Source: an uncultured Verrucomicrobiae bacterium (GTDB lineage: Bacteria > Verrucomicrobiota > Verrucomicrobiia > Chthoniobacterales > JAATET01). Taken from it: a DNA stretch of 64,000 nt. Within the stretch, counting starts at the first letter, position 1; the number at the start of each line of letters is the position of its first letter. The translations under genes were made by a program, and so were the position numbers. The notes beneath the pieces are model-generated. The model made no database searches and was not told the origin of the DNA. It worked only from the letters and a program-made list of their open reading frames with translations. This document shows, piece after piece, positions 1-10,200 of the stretch. The stretch covers positions 192,001-256,000 of the forward strand of contig CAVRCI010000013.1 of the NCBI GenBank assembly GCA_963719495.1, in the 5' to 3' direction.

Positions 1-152
1 GAAACGTCGACCGTCTCGGTGCGCTCGGCGTTCACCGCTTCAATCGGGACGTTCGCGGAAGCGTTCGTGATTTCCTGCGGCGTCTGCGCGTGAAGGACGC
101 CCGCGGCCAGGGCGGCGAAAGCGGTTCGAATGGAAGTGCTCCTCAGTTTCAT
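1..152 (-). CDS. 5' part of a secreted protein continuing the TonB/ExbBD/TpsB operon (runs off the window; possibly an outer-membrane porin)
   Basis: ATG at 152, 11 bp after the tonB-like stop; reads MKLRSTSIRTAFAALAAGVLHAQTPQ (signal-peptide-like) and stays open to the window edge. Confidence 0.6.
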   Translation of the reverse strand, partial: MKLRSTSIRTAFAALAAGVLHAQTPQEITNASANVPIEAVNAERTETVDV

Positions 153-163
153 CAAATTAGTCT

Positions 164-874
164 TCAAGGTCGTTTGGCCGTGATCCGCATCACGATGGGC
201 ATGGGCATGTCTCCGGGCGGCGGACCCGCCAGACGAAGACCCGTCAAAACTTCCGCCGCCGCGCCACCGCCCGAAACACGCGTGATCCGGCCACTGGAGT
301 CGGCCCAGACCCGCACCTCCGACGTCATCGCCGCGCTCCGTGTCCGCTTGTCGGTCCGCAGAGCCTGCGCGACTGCCGATTGCACTCCAGCGGCGTAATT
401 GCCCCACACGGTCCCGCCAGCGCCACCGCCACCCGGACGTCCGCCACCGCCGATGCGCATGCCATTCCCGGATCCGCTCAGACCGAAGCCGTCCGGTGGG
501 CCGTCGCCTTGCAGACTGGTTCCCATCGGTTCGTCCGGCGGCGATTCCGGTTCGGGAGCGTCGACGGGCGCCGCCTCGGCGACCGGGTCCTGCATGACCA
601 TGTCGTCCTCGGGTTCCGTTTCCTCCCGCTCCTGCTCGATGGGTTCGGGCGTCGCGGGTGCCGGCGTGGGCGGCGGAGGGGGTGGTGGCGGCGGCAGCGT
701 CACCATCGTGATGCTCTGCTGCGCTCGCTTGGGCTTGGATTCGCCGCCGCTTCCCAGGAAGAAATACGCCGCGCCGCCCGCGACGACCAATGCCACCACG
801 ATCAAGACGCCGAACTTCGCGAAGAACCCGCGCTCGTCCTCGTCGTCGTCCTCGATCTCGTGATACTCCGCCAT
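164..874 (-). CDS. TonB-like energy transducer
   Basis: Single N-terminal TM, poly-Pro/Glu-Pro linker, C-terminal TonB/TolA-like domain (VRVWADSSGRIT...PPPGDMPMPIVMRI); directly follows exbD. Confidence 0.8.
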   Translation of the reverse strand: MAEYHEIEDDDEDERGFFAKFGVLIVVALVVAGGAAYFFLGSGGESKPKRAQQSITMVTLPPPPPPPPPTPAPATPEPIEQEREETEPEDDMVMQDPVAEAAPVDAPEPESPPDEPMGTSLQGDGPPDGFGLSGSGNGMRIGGGGRPGGGGAGGTVWGNYAAGVQSAVAQALRTDKRTRSAAMTSEVRVWADSSGRITRVSGGGAAAEVLTGLRLAGPPPGDMPMPIVMRITAKRP

Positions 875-884
875 CGTCCGCTGA

Positions 885-1283
885 TTACTGGGGGGCCTGC
901 GTGGCCAACCCGACCTTCTCGACGCCGACGCGCCCGACGACGTCGAGCACGTTCATGATTTGCTGATACTGCGTGGCGCTGTCGCCCTTCACCACGACCG
1001 GGAAGTCGGGCGTGCGCGCCTTCTCCGCGGTCAGCCGACTCTCCAATTCCTCCAACGACACCGGCAGCGTGTTTTGAAAAATCTGCCCCTCGCTGTTGAC
1101 CGTGATCGCCTGCACCTTCGACTCCGCGATCGACGGCGACTTGCTGGCCTTCGGCAGATCGACCTTCGTCCCCTGCACTCCCGCCGTCGTCATGATGATG
1201 AAGATCAGCAACAGCACGAGGTAGAGATCCACCATGGGCGTGACGTTGATGTCGTCGTAGGACTTGTTGTCTCCGGCCTGCAT
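885..1283 (-). CDS. exbD: biopolymer transport protein ExbD/TolR
   Basis: DINVTPMVDLYLVLLLIFII motif, VDLPKA, VVVKGD..TQY. Confidence 0.92.
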   Translation of the reverse strand: MQAGDNKSYDDINVTPMVDLYLVLLLIFIIMTTAGVQGTKVDLPKASKSPSIAESKVQAITVNSEGQIFQNTLPVSLEELESRLTAEKARTPDFPVVVKGDSATQYQQIMNVLDVVGRVGVEKVGLATQAPQ

Positions 1284-1292
1284 CGTCGGCGG

Positions 1293-3212
1293 TTAGTGGT
1301 CGCTCGCCCGCGCGACTTCGGCGTGGGCGGGGCGGGTCTCGGAGCGGTCGGTTGTCGGCACGGGGACGACACTCGGCGTCGGCGTGGGATAAAACTCCGC
1401 CATTTTTGCAACGAATTCGTCATTGAACACCTGCATCGACGCGAGCAAATCGCGGATGCGCGAACTCAGGAAGCTGTAGATGAACAACGCCGGGATCGCC
1501 ACGAGCAGCCCGAACACCGTCGCCAGCAGAGCGCTCGCGATGCCGGGCGCGATCGAATTCACGTCGACCTCGCCGGACTTCGCGATGATCGCGAAAGTGA
1601 TCATCACGCCGACCACCGTGCCGAGCAGCCCGACGTAGGGCCCACCCGCGATGCTGATCGTCAGGAAAATGAGGCCTTTGTTCATGCGGTGATTTTCGTG
1701 AACGATTCCCGTTTCGAGGCTGGCCTTGATGGCCTGAATCGAACGCGCCGACAGTCCCTTCGCGCGATTCCCGTTTCCGACGCGGTGGCGGATCTCCTCC
1801 GAGCCGATGTGGTAGAGGTGGTAGACCGGCGACTTGTGCATGAGCTTGGACATTTTCCCGCTCACGTCGGCCATGATCCCACCCTCGCGATCGAGCGCGG
1901 TCAGGTCGCTCGAGACCTTGCTCCACTGCTTCATGAAGGCCTCCGTGCCCTTCTGGATTCGGTTGAGGTAATTGTATTTCTGGATCGCGACCCACCAGCC
2001 CAGGATCATCATCAGGATGCAGACGCCGACCGCGATCCAGCCGTCAAACATCATGTTCTTCGCGATGTCGCCGAAGAGCATCACGTGCTCCATCGCGCCG
2101 CCGTGCTCGCCGGACGCGTGGCCGCTCACCTCCGACTCGCCGACCTGTAGCAACTTGGCCGCGGTCGAAGACGCGCCTTCGTTGACCGCGAGGAACTTCG
2201 CTTTGCCGAGCGGCATCGCCGCGTTCATCACCTGAAGCTCGTCGAGCTCGCCGATGAATTGCGTGTCGCCCGCGTCGACGTCTCCGCCCAGCGTGAGGCC
2301 ATTGGCAAACGCCGGCAGCGCGCTCGCGATCGTGCCGTAGGTCTCCCCGTCGACGAGCAGCGTCGCGATTCCCGCGTCGACGCTCACCGCGACGTGCCGC
2401 CACGTCCCCGCCGCGATTGGCTCACCAGCCGCGGTCTTTTGCGTCGTGCCGCCGGCCTTGATTTCCAGAAACGGCACGCCGCCCTCGATCCCGAGCACGA
2501 ACCCATTCGCGCCGTCGCGACGACTGAAGATCACCGCGCTCGGCTGGTCCACCACCGGTTTCACCCACGCGGCGACCCCCGCGCCGCCACCCGCGGTCCA
2601 CGCGAGCGTCGGCGAGGCTGGCACGACGATCGACGTCTGACCATCGAGCCGCAGGCCGCTCCCGATCATGGCGCCGGGCACCGTTGCCCCGCCATTCTCG
2701 GCGTTGTTCCCCGCCGCCGACGCGTCCGTTGGCGGCTGGGCGGCAAAGTGGTAGACCAGAACGGTCGAGCCGCCGTAGGTGCCCGCCGGGTCCTGCACGC
2801 TTTCGACGCCCTCGGCGAGGTTGCCGTAGTAGAGCCAGAACTTCAGCGGCGCGTCGGCCTTCACGTCCTCCGCCTTCATCCACACGAACGCCTCGTTGAG
2901 CAGCGCGTCGTATTTCTCGATGTGATACGGGATCAGCGTCTCGCCGTCCTCGGCCACGAAGCGGATGTCGCTGCCGTCGGGCCGGGCCGAGGCGAAGTTG
3001 AAGTTTCCGTCGTGCAGCCGCACCAGCACCGACGTCTCCCCGACGGGATCCGCGATCGCCCCCGCTTCCGGACCCGCATCGATCGTGAAAGGCGTGCGGA
3101 TCGTCCACTCCTCGTTCCACCAGCCCTCGGGTGCCGCGCTGGCCGATTGATTCAGCCCTCCGAGGAGCAGCCCGGCGAGCAGCAGCGTTTTCAAATTCAA
3201 TTTTCGCATCAT
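1293..3212 (-). CDS. DUF2341/LamG-domain MotA/TolQ/ExbB proton-channel protein
   Basis: Signal peptide; WW..W..R...DGSDIRFV (DUF2341-like); LamG-like WRHVAV...GELDEL; C-terminal GPYVGLLGTVVGVM...IAPGIASALLATVFGLLVAIPA ExbB signature. Confidence 0.88.
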   Translation of the reverse strand: MMRKLNLKTLLLAGLLLGGLNQSASAAPEGWWNEEWTIRTPFTIDAGPEAGAIADPVGETSVLVRLHDGNFNFASARPDGSDIRFVAEDGETLIPYHIEKYDALLNEAFVWMKAEDVKADAPLKFWLYYGNLAEGVESVQDPAGTYGGSTVLVYHFAAQPPTDASAAGNNAENGGATVPGAMIGSGLRLDGQTSIVVPASPTLAWTAGGGAGVAAWVKPVVDQPSAVIFSRRDGANGFVLGIEGGVPFLEIKAGGTTQKTAAGEPIAAGTWRHVAVSVDAGIATLLVDGETYGTIASALPAFANGLTLGGDVDAGDTQFIGELDELQVMNAAMPLGKAKFLAVNEGASSTAAKLLQVGESEVSGHASGEHGGAMEHVMLFGDIAKNMMFDGWIAVGVCILMMILGWWVAIQKYNYLNRIQKGTEAFMKQWSKVSSDLTALDREGGIMADVSGKMSKLMHKSPVYHLYHIGSEEIRHRVGNGNRAKGLSARSIQAIKASLETGIVHENHRMNKGLIFLTISIAGGPYVGLLGTVVGVMITFAIIAKSGEVDVNSIAPGIASALLATVFGLLVAIPALFIYSFLSSRIRDLLASMQVFNDEFVAKMAEFYPTPTPSVVPVPTTDRSETRPAHAEVARASDH

Positions 3213-3221
3213 CGTCTTGGG

Positions 3222-4853
3222 TTAAAATTCTCCCCAGACCCGGAACGTCAGACGCCAATCGCCCTCCGCCGTGTTCGCCTGGCTGATTAAAGGCAGACCC
3301 GCGTCGAGCGAGCCGTAGAGGTAATCGAAAAGTTGCAGCCGACTCCCCGCGCCGACGCTCGTGAGCGTAAACTGGCTTGTCTGTTGCGGCAGCGGATCGT
3401 TGATCGTCGTCATCCCGTAATCCCAGAAGGCGTAGACCCGCCAGTCGTCGATCCCGTAGAAATCCTCCACCGCCGGCGTCCGTGCCTCGATCGTGCTCAC
3501 GAACGCATTGTCTCCCAGCGCCTCGGCCTCGAGGTAGCCCCGCACCGTGTCCAAGCCGCCGATGGCGAATTGCTCGCTGTCGACGAGCGCGTCGCCGCTC
3601 GCCTGACCTTGAATCTGACCGTAGAGCTGAAAGCCGTAAGGCAGGTCCTGCGTGTGGGCCAGATCGCCACGGAAGTAGAAGAACGACCCATCCGCGTTGA
3701 AGCGGCGGTTGTCGAAATCCCGCTCGCTGCTCCCCGCGCCGGAGAACGCCCACGTCACGCCGGCATTGATCTCGGTGATCGAGAGCTCGGTCGCCTTCGC
3801 CGCGTTGTAGGAAAGCGTGAAAGGATAATAGGTGATCGGGGTCGCGATGAACTGATCGGTGAATTGCAAGTCCTGCTGGAGGTGCTTGTAATCGAGGCCG
3901 AAGCTCAACGAATGGTAGAACCCGTCGTAGCGCGAAGGCAAAGTCGCCATGAGCCGCCCGCCGATGATCTCGCCATTACCCGCGACGGCCGATCCGCCGA
4001 GCGTCGAGATGTTGCTGTTCTGCCGCGTCGCCGTGAACATCGCGCTTAGCCACGGGATCTGGGGCGCGCGAGCGATGTAGTAAAAAGAATAAACCTGCGC
4101 GTCGTCGATCTCCTCCGGCGCGATCTGAAAACTGAACCCGATCGTGTGCCCGAGCTGCCAGAGGTTGCCGTAGCTAATGCCCCCGTTCAGTCGAAGCGGC
4201 GTCGTGTTGGCGATGTAACGGTTATTGAGCTCGAAATTTCCGTGGAGCGGGAATTTGTCTTCGACCGTGAGATCGACGTCGACCGTGCCGGGATCGAACC
4301 CAGCCTTGAGCGTCGGGGCCACGCGGCGGTCGGCCAATTGGTTGATCTCGACGATCTCGCGGGCGACGTCGTTGAAGTTCGGCACGTTCCCCTCGGCCAG
4401 CGAAGGCACCCGCTTCTTGATTTCGTCGATGTCGTAAAATCGCGAGCCGCGCACCCTAAGCCGCCCGACCGGGGCCTCGACGACGTTCAGCAGGATCACG
4501 CCCCCGCGCGCGGTTTGTTCGGGGATTTCGACGGCGACGGACTGGTAGCCCTTTTCGTGATAAGCCGACTCGAGCGCCGCCCGGGCGTCCTCGACGTCCG
4601 CCTCCGATCGCCCTGGACCCATGTAGGGATAGACGGCCTCCTCGACCTCGATCGGCGGCAGTTTGGTCGACCCGTTAACTCTGTATTCCTGGATGTAGAG
4701 TGATCCCAATTCGGTTTGCGTCCGCACGGTTGCTGCGGGTTCGGACCAGCCGCGAGCAGCGGTCACCAGCAAGGCCAATCCGAGCGCCATCGGGACGCTC
4801 GCGCCCGAGCGCGAACGCCCTGACGGGACGCGGTTGAATTTGCCGAGGTTCAT
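3222..4853 (-). CDS. ShlB/FhaC/HecB-family (TpsB, Omp85) outer-membrane transporter
   Basis: POTRA-like N-terminus (ALESAYHEKGY), FAIGGLDTVRGY loop-6 motif, C-terminal Phe. Confidence 0.9.
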   Translation of the reverse strand: MNLGKFNRVPSGRSRSGASVPMALGLALLVTAARGWSEPAATVRTQTELGSLYIQEYRVNGSTKLPPIEVEEAVYPYMGPGRSEADVEDARAALESAYHEKGYQSVAVEIPEQTARGGVILLNVVEAPVGRLRVRGSRFYDIDEIKKRVPSLAEGNVPNFNDVAREIVEINQLADRRVAPTLKAGFDPGTVDVDLTVEDKFPLHGNFELNNRYIANTTPLRLNGGISYGNLWQLGHTIGFSFQIAPEEIDDAQVYSFYYIARAPQIPWLSAMFTATRQNSNISTLGGSAVAGNGEIIGGRLMATLPSRYDGFYHSLSFGLDYKHLQQDLQFTDQFIATPITYYPFTLSYNAAKATELSITEINAGVTWAFSGAGSSERDFDNRRFNADGSFFYFRGDLAHTQDLPYGFQLYGQIQGQASGDALVDSEQFAIGGLDTVRGYLEAEALGDNAFVSTIEARTPAVEDFYGIDDWRVYAFWDYGMTTINDPLPQQTSQFTLTSVGAGSRLQLFDYLYGSLDAGLPLISQANTAEGDWRLTFRVWGEF

Positions 4854-4884
4854 CGAATGAGTAATCCCTTCACAAATAGCGAAA

Positions 4885-4911
4885 CCAGCGCGGGCATTTC
4901 ACCCGCGCTGG
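4885..4911 (-). terminator. intra-operon stem-loop (terminator or mRNA-stabilising hairpin)
   Basis: Perfect 10-bp stem CCAGCGCGGG/CCCGCGCTGG followed by TTT on the minus strand, between the PstS-like gene and tpsB. Confidence 0.5.
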
Positions 4912-4968
4912 CACGCTGATTGGCGGAGAACAATTCCTGCGGTCTTGGCAGAAACTGCTCCCGATTCA

Positions 4969-6165
4969 TTAGAGGTAAGTCGGCAGGACGACGCCGCCAT
5001 CGGTTGGGCGCGCCACGTTCATTTCGTTGAGCTGAATCTCTGCCGTGACCACGGTGATCTGGTTGCCGAGCGCGGTCGTCACAGATTTCTGCGCCGCCGA
5101 CGCAGCCGGGTTGGTCAGCAGATGCTGGTAGCTCCAGAAGGTGTATTTACCTTCGACAACGTTTTCCTTGCTGAAAAAGACGCCGTTGAAGCTCAAGGCG
5201 CGGGCCGGACCGGCGAAGGTGCCGCTGGTCGTGGAAGTCGCCCGGCCGAGATCGCCGGTGCCCATGTAGCCCACGTACCACCCACCGATGCCGGGGACGG
5301 TCGTGCGCCGCAGGTTGTCGGCCAAGGTGCCGCCACTCGTGAACCCTTCGGTCGAGGCGAGTAGAGTCTGATCGGCCACGGTATTGCCGGAGAGGATCGG
5401 ATTGAACTGGCTCACCGTCGAAGTGACACCAACGCCAGTCTCGGCAAACGCGATCACGCGCGTTCCGGAATCGTCGTTACGACCGATGCCGAAGATCAGG
5501 CGAGGATGCGCCCCACCGAAGTTCTCCGGCTTATCACCCCACGTGCTGTTGAAGGTCGCGGTGCGATCGATGGCCAATCCCGAGAAGAGAGCGAGCGGAA
5601 CGAAGCCGACGCCGTTGTAGATCGCCTGAGCTTGGTTGCTCGTGATGTTCGTCACGCTGGCAGGTGCGCCCGTGCTCACCGCCCAGCCGAAGGCCACGAT
5701 GCCGACAATCTTGTCCTGCAACGTCACCGACTGAAAGGGCGTCGACGACTGAAACGAATCCGACATGGTCGCCTGCGGGACCTCGTTGACCAACGGGAAG
5801 CCGGCGGAAGGAGCGTTCTGAACAGCCGTGGTGCCAGTCGGGTGGTTGTCCGGCAGGTATTGCGCCGTGCCGCCAGTGACGACGGCCTCGATCCCGCCGA
5901 CCGATCCGCCAAACGAGGTCTTGATGGTCACGGACGCGCCTCCGATGACGAGATTGCCCTTGTAGATCGAGCGGGAAGCTCCGGTGGCGGATGTGCCGTT
6001 GTAAGCCGACGTGTAGCCAGGCTGCAAGATCTGCTGGATGGCGAGGTTGGTCTGGGTCCGGAAGGCGGTGGAGCCGGTAATCCGAACGACTGTTGTCTGG
6101 GCCGAAGCGGCCCCGATCGTCGCAAAAGCGACGGCGCAGGCGGCGAGGAGTCTAAGTGTTTTCAT
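4969..6165 (-). CDS. secreted PstS/PBP-superfamily-like substrate-binding protein
   Basis: Signal peptide MKTLRLL..ASA; ITGSTAF, GSVGGI, GRNDDSGTR and GKYTFWSYQH resemble phosphate-binding-protein motifs (GS-S/T, R-x-D-x-SGT, G-x-Y-x-W). Start placed at ATG 6165. Confidence 0.65.
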   Translation of the reverse strand: MKTLRLLAACAVAFATIGAASAQTTVVRITGSTAFRTQTNLAIQQILQPGYTSAYNGTSATGASRSIYKGNLVIGGASVTIKTSFGGSVGGIEAVVTGGTAQYLPDNHPTGTTAVQNAPSAGFPLVNEVPQATMSDSFQSSTPFQSVTLQDKIVGIVAFGWAVSTGAPASVTNITSNQAQAIYNGVGFVPLALFSGLAIDRTATFNSTWGDKPENFGGAHPRLIFGIGRNDDSGTRVIAFAETGVGVTSTVSQFNPILSGNTVADQTLLASTEGFTSGGTLADNLRRTTVPGIGGWYVGYMGTGDLGRATSTTSGTFAGPARALSFNGVFFSKENVVEGKYTFWSYQHLLTNPAASAAQKSVTTALGNQITVVTAEIQLNEMNVARPTDGGVVLPTYL

Positions 6166-6229
6166 AAGGATGGATTGCAGGGTGTTTTTTTTGGGTTGGT
6201 TGGGTTGGTGTTTGAGGTGAGTTGTGGGG

Positions 6230-7048
6230 TCACGCAGTGGCAGCATTCCGCTTCCGGCGAACCCAGTAAAAGAGACCGCCGATGAGGCCAAGGCTTGCCA
6301 GCGCGAGGACCGAAGGCTCGGGGACCGCTGTGAAGGTCACGACCCCCGCATTGGAGATCGCGAAGGTCCCGAGCAGCTCGCCGGGGAGGCCGAAGGTGCC
6401 GGCTCCCGACGTGCCGGGAGGGAGTCGATAGAGATCGAGTCCGGTGGCACTGCCGACCGTGGATTCGATTCCGCCCGGAAAGTAGGAGAAATCGTCATTC
6501 GGCTGCGTGAAAAAGGTATAACTGGTGGTCGCGTCGACGGTATTGTTGATGACCGTCGCCTTACCGCTGTTGGCGGTCGCCTCGCGAGGATTTCCGAGCT
6601 GATCTTCGAGGTAGGCGTTCGCCAGAGTGATGAAGCGATTGCTCGGCTGCGATTGACCCGACGGCGAGAAGCGCGTCCAGGGCTGCGATCCTTCGGCGCG
6701 AGTCGCGTAGATCGTCTGCGACGGATCGGAAGACGACCGGATACCCGACAGGCTCCACGTCACCTGGCTGTTGGAAAACCAAGCGCCGCCGTAGTTCGCC
6801 GAGAGGTCGGCGGCGATGCCCGGGCCGCTGTTGCCAAGGTTGAGCGTCACGGTTTGGTTGGCCGAGAGACCCCGGAACTGCGAAGACGATCCCGCGTTGA
6901 CAACGAGGTCGGACGGATTGCCCTGGACGCGGAACCCGATGAGCAGATCTCCGGAGTTGTAAGTGACGGGAGCCGCTGAAGCGCTTGCGGCCATTGCCAT
7001 CAATGCCGCTGCGCAGCCAAGCGCCGCCGTGGAAGAAGTAATTTTCAT
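6230..7048 (-). CDS. PEP-CTERM sorting-domain surface protein
   Basis: Signal peptide; C-terminal AVPEPS + TM + RRKR. Confidence 0.92.
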   Translation of the reverse strand: MKITSSTAALGCAAALMAMAASASAAPVTYNSGDLLIGFRVQGNPSDLVVNAGSSSQFRGLSANQTVTLNLGNSGPGIAADLSANYGGAWFSNSQVTWSLSGIRSSSDPSQTIYATRAEGSQPWTRFSPSGQSQPSNRFITLANAYLEDQLGNPREATANSGKATVINNTVDATTSYTFFTQPNDDFSYFPGGIESTVGSATGLDLYRLPPGTSGAGTFGLPGELLGTFAISNAGVVTFTAVPEPSVLALASLGLIGGLFYWVRRKRNAATA

Positions 7049-7202
7049 GAGGTATAAGGTGTTGAGTTTTGGTGCGGCTTTGGTTTCTCAGACGCACCGA
7101 GGTCCAACAACGAGTGTTGTGTGAACAATTCGTCACAAACCGTGGCGATGAATTTTCGCCCCGTGAGCAAGGGAAGCCAGTCACCGACCAGCCCGCTGTG
7201 CG

Positions 7203-10200
7203 CTACTCGTCGGAAATGACGCTAGCCTCGACGCCAAGAAGCGCGCGCGAAGGGTGGACGTCCCGCCGCGGTGCCGCGGGACCGATGACTCGCTCCCAGC
7301 CGTCGACTCGCAGCGCGGCGCGTTCGTTCAGCGTCCGCGCAAACGCGTCCGAGTCCTCCGACCCACTGATCCAAGCGCTCATCGCCGCGAAGCTTCCCAC
7401 CGCGACGTAGGAGATCGGCGCTCCGGCAACCTGAGACCGGCCTGCGAGCGCGAACCCGGGCGAGGGTGAGCCGTCCTTCGAATAATGAATGGTCCCCGAC
7501 ACGGGGATCGGCCAGCCGGCTACCGAGCGCACGGTAAGTTTTTCGAGCGACAACCGTCCGTCAAGTCGCGGCGCGCCGAGCGGGCCTCCCAACTTCAAAT
7601 TCCCCGAAAGGGTACCGGCGTCCGCACCACGGCCAATCCGCACGTCGGGGGCAAGCGCGACGCCCGCGTTCCAGGCCCATCCGCCGGGTTCATCCCGCGG
7701 GGCATCCGCCAATTCGACGGACGACGAGGCCTCTATGGAGGGTCTCGCGTCGAAGGTAAAGACCCGGTCGGCGCGCCCGCTAAGAACCTTGATCGAGCCA
7801 TCGACCGTTCCCGTTCCGAAGTCGCCGACCGCCCGAAGACGGATGGCCGCAAGCGCCTCGAGTCCGAACCCGTCGAGCGCGACATTTTCGGCGTTAAGAC
7901 CAAAATCAACCTTCGGGGTTCTTCCACCCTTGACCCCGCCGAAGAATTCCACCGGTCCGCCTCCCAACTCGCCTCGGGCCTTGGTGACCCGGATTTCCGA
8001 CCCGGTCAGTCGGATGCGAGCCGCCAGTCCGGTCACCTTCGGCGCCGACAAGTTCTCGAGGGCGAATTCCCCGTTTTTCACTTCCAAGTCGCCGCTCAAC
8101 TCGGGAGCCAACACGCTCCCCCCAATCCCCACGACGCCCGACAGCGTCCCGCCACTGGCGTCCACCCCGGGGATCAAAGCCCCCAGGACCTTCAAATTGG
8201 TCCGAGGAATGGCGATTTGCGCCGAGATCGGTGCCGTCCGGTCGAAGAATTTCACCTGACCTCCCTCCGCGACCTCGAACGCAAACGGCATCGCGGCGTC
8301 GATCACGAGCGGCTCGAATCCAGCGGAATCCATCGCTCCCTTCGCCCGGAGCCGCGCATCCCGCGTCGAAATCGCCAGGTCCACCGCTGTCCGCGGCAGT
8401 TGGTAACCGCCCGTCGTCACGGCGAGTCCGCGCCCCGAGATCAGCCCTTCGAGCGACAGCTCCGGAAGCGGCCCGCTGGCACCGAGACGAAACGTGACCG
8501 TCCCCGCCGCCACCGCGTCCTGCCCAGCCATCGCCACGAGTTCGGCCAACGGAAGCTCGCCGGACGAAACGCGAGCGTAGACCGGCTTCTTAAGGTCGAA
8601 GACCTCCCGCTTCGGCTCACCCCGCAGGAGCGCGAAAACGTTCACCGGCATGAAGGCCTCGCCGACGAGCAATTCGAGCTGCCGCCTCCGCAGATTCAAG
8701 TCCGCCAGATTCACCCCGGCATCCGAGACCGTGAGCCGGGTGGCGAATACGAGCGGCCCGTTTTGCAGCCGCAGTCGGCTCAAATACACGTTCTCCGGCG
8801 AATACGTTCCCTCGACTTCGCCGGTGATGCCCGTCGGCGTCCACGGCGTCGCCGCGTCCGCCAGCGACGCCCGGAAGACACCCGAATGCGCCGCCGCCGT
8901 CCCGTCGCCCTGCCAGGAGAACGTGAATCCACCCGATTCGAGCCACTTCGCGGCGGCCCCGCCGAGTTTCCCGGTAAAGCGGGAGACGTCCGCCATCGCC
9001 ACCGCGATTTCGCCGGAGTATCGGTGCGGGGCTTTCAGCCCGACCGCCCCCCGGGCCGTCAAGCGATCCGCGCCGCTCCAGAGTTCGACCGACCGCACCT
9101 CCAGCTCGCGGTCGTTGAGAACGGAGGACAATTTCATCGCCGTCCCGGGCAATCCCCGCAGCGTCAATCCGCTCGCCTCGGCGTTCGCGTAGCCGTCCAT
9201 CCGCCCCGCGTCGCCCGAGACCGAAGCGTGCAGTGACAAACGGCCCTCGAGATCCCGCCACGAATCTCCCGCGAAGGTTGCCAATTTCCGCACGTCCTTC
9301 AATTCCACCGAGACGTTGAGCAGAAAGTTCGAATCCAACCACTCGGCGTCCCCGCGCGGGACCGCGATCTCGCCGTTGGCCGTCACCCGGTTCTCTCCCG
9401 CGATCAGTTGAAAATTCGAAAAATACAGCCGCCGCCCAATGAAGTTCGCCCCCATCACCAGCGATTCCCAACGCTCGCCCCGCCGCGTCAGCCCTTCGGC
9501 CTCGAGCCGTACCGCGATCTCGGAATCCGCCCACCTCCCCGGCGTCCCCCGCCACGTCACCCGACCCTCTTTCAGCACTCCGCCGAAGGGCTCCGCCAGT
9601 CCGCTGAGCTTCGCCACCGCTTCCAGGGGTAAATCCGCGACCGACAAGGCGAGATCGACCCGCAGCAGACCCGCCTCCCTCTTCCACGAGCCGTCGCCGC
9701 GCACCTCTCCCCCGCCCACGCCCAAATCCAGACTCACCGACATTCCTCCCGGATCGGCCACGCTCACGACCAACGTCCTCACGTCCATCGCCTCCGCCAA
9801 TTCGAGGTCGCTGAAATACGCCACCCCGTCCCGCCACCCGCTCACCGCCCGCAAGTTCGACCACCCGACCACCCGACCGGCGGCCTCGGCGTCGACATTC
9901 GCGACGGTCACCTCACTCGTCGTCGACTCGCTGAGAGCGCCGCTGATCCCATCCATTCGCGCCCGCCCGTGGTCCGTCGTGAGTTCGAACGAACCGGATC
10001 GCACCGCGATTGTCTTCGGCAACAGCCGCAGCCGCATGGCCGCCCGAGCCTCCCGAGCCTCGGCACTCGTTTCGCCGTCCGTTGTCCGCAGTCCGGACTG
10101 CCGCCCCCGCAGATCGACCACCACGCTCGCACCGATGCAATCCAGCCGGTCGATCACCCTTCCATCGCCGAACAGAACTCCGAACAGCGAGCCGACCGTC

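Noticed and set aside
7100..7160. Possible Pho box upstream of the PEP-CTERM/PstS-like operon
   Set aside because: GTCAC/TTCAC-like words are present but not in a clean 11-bp-period direct repeat
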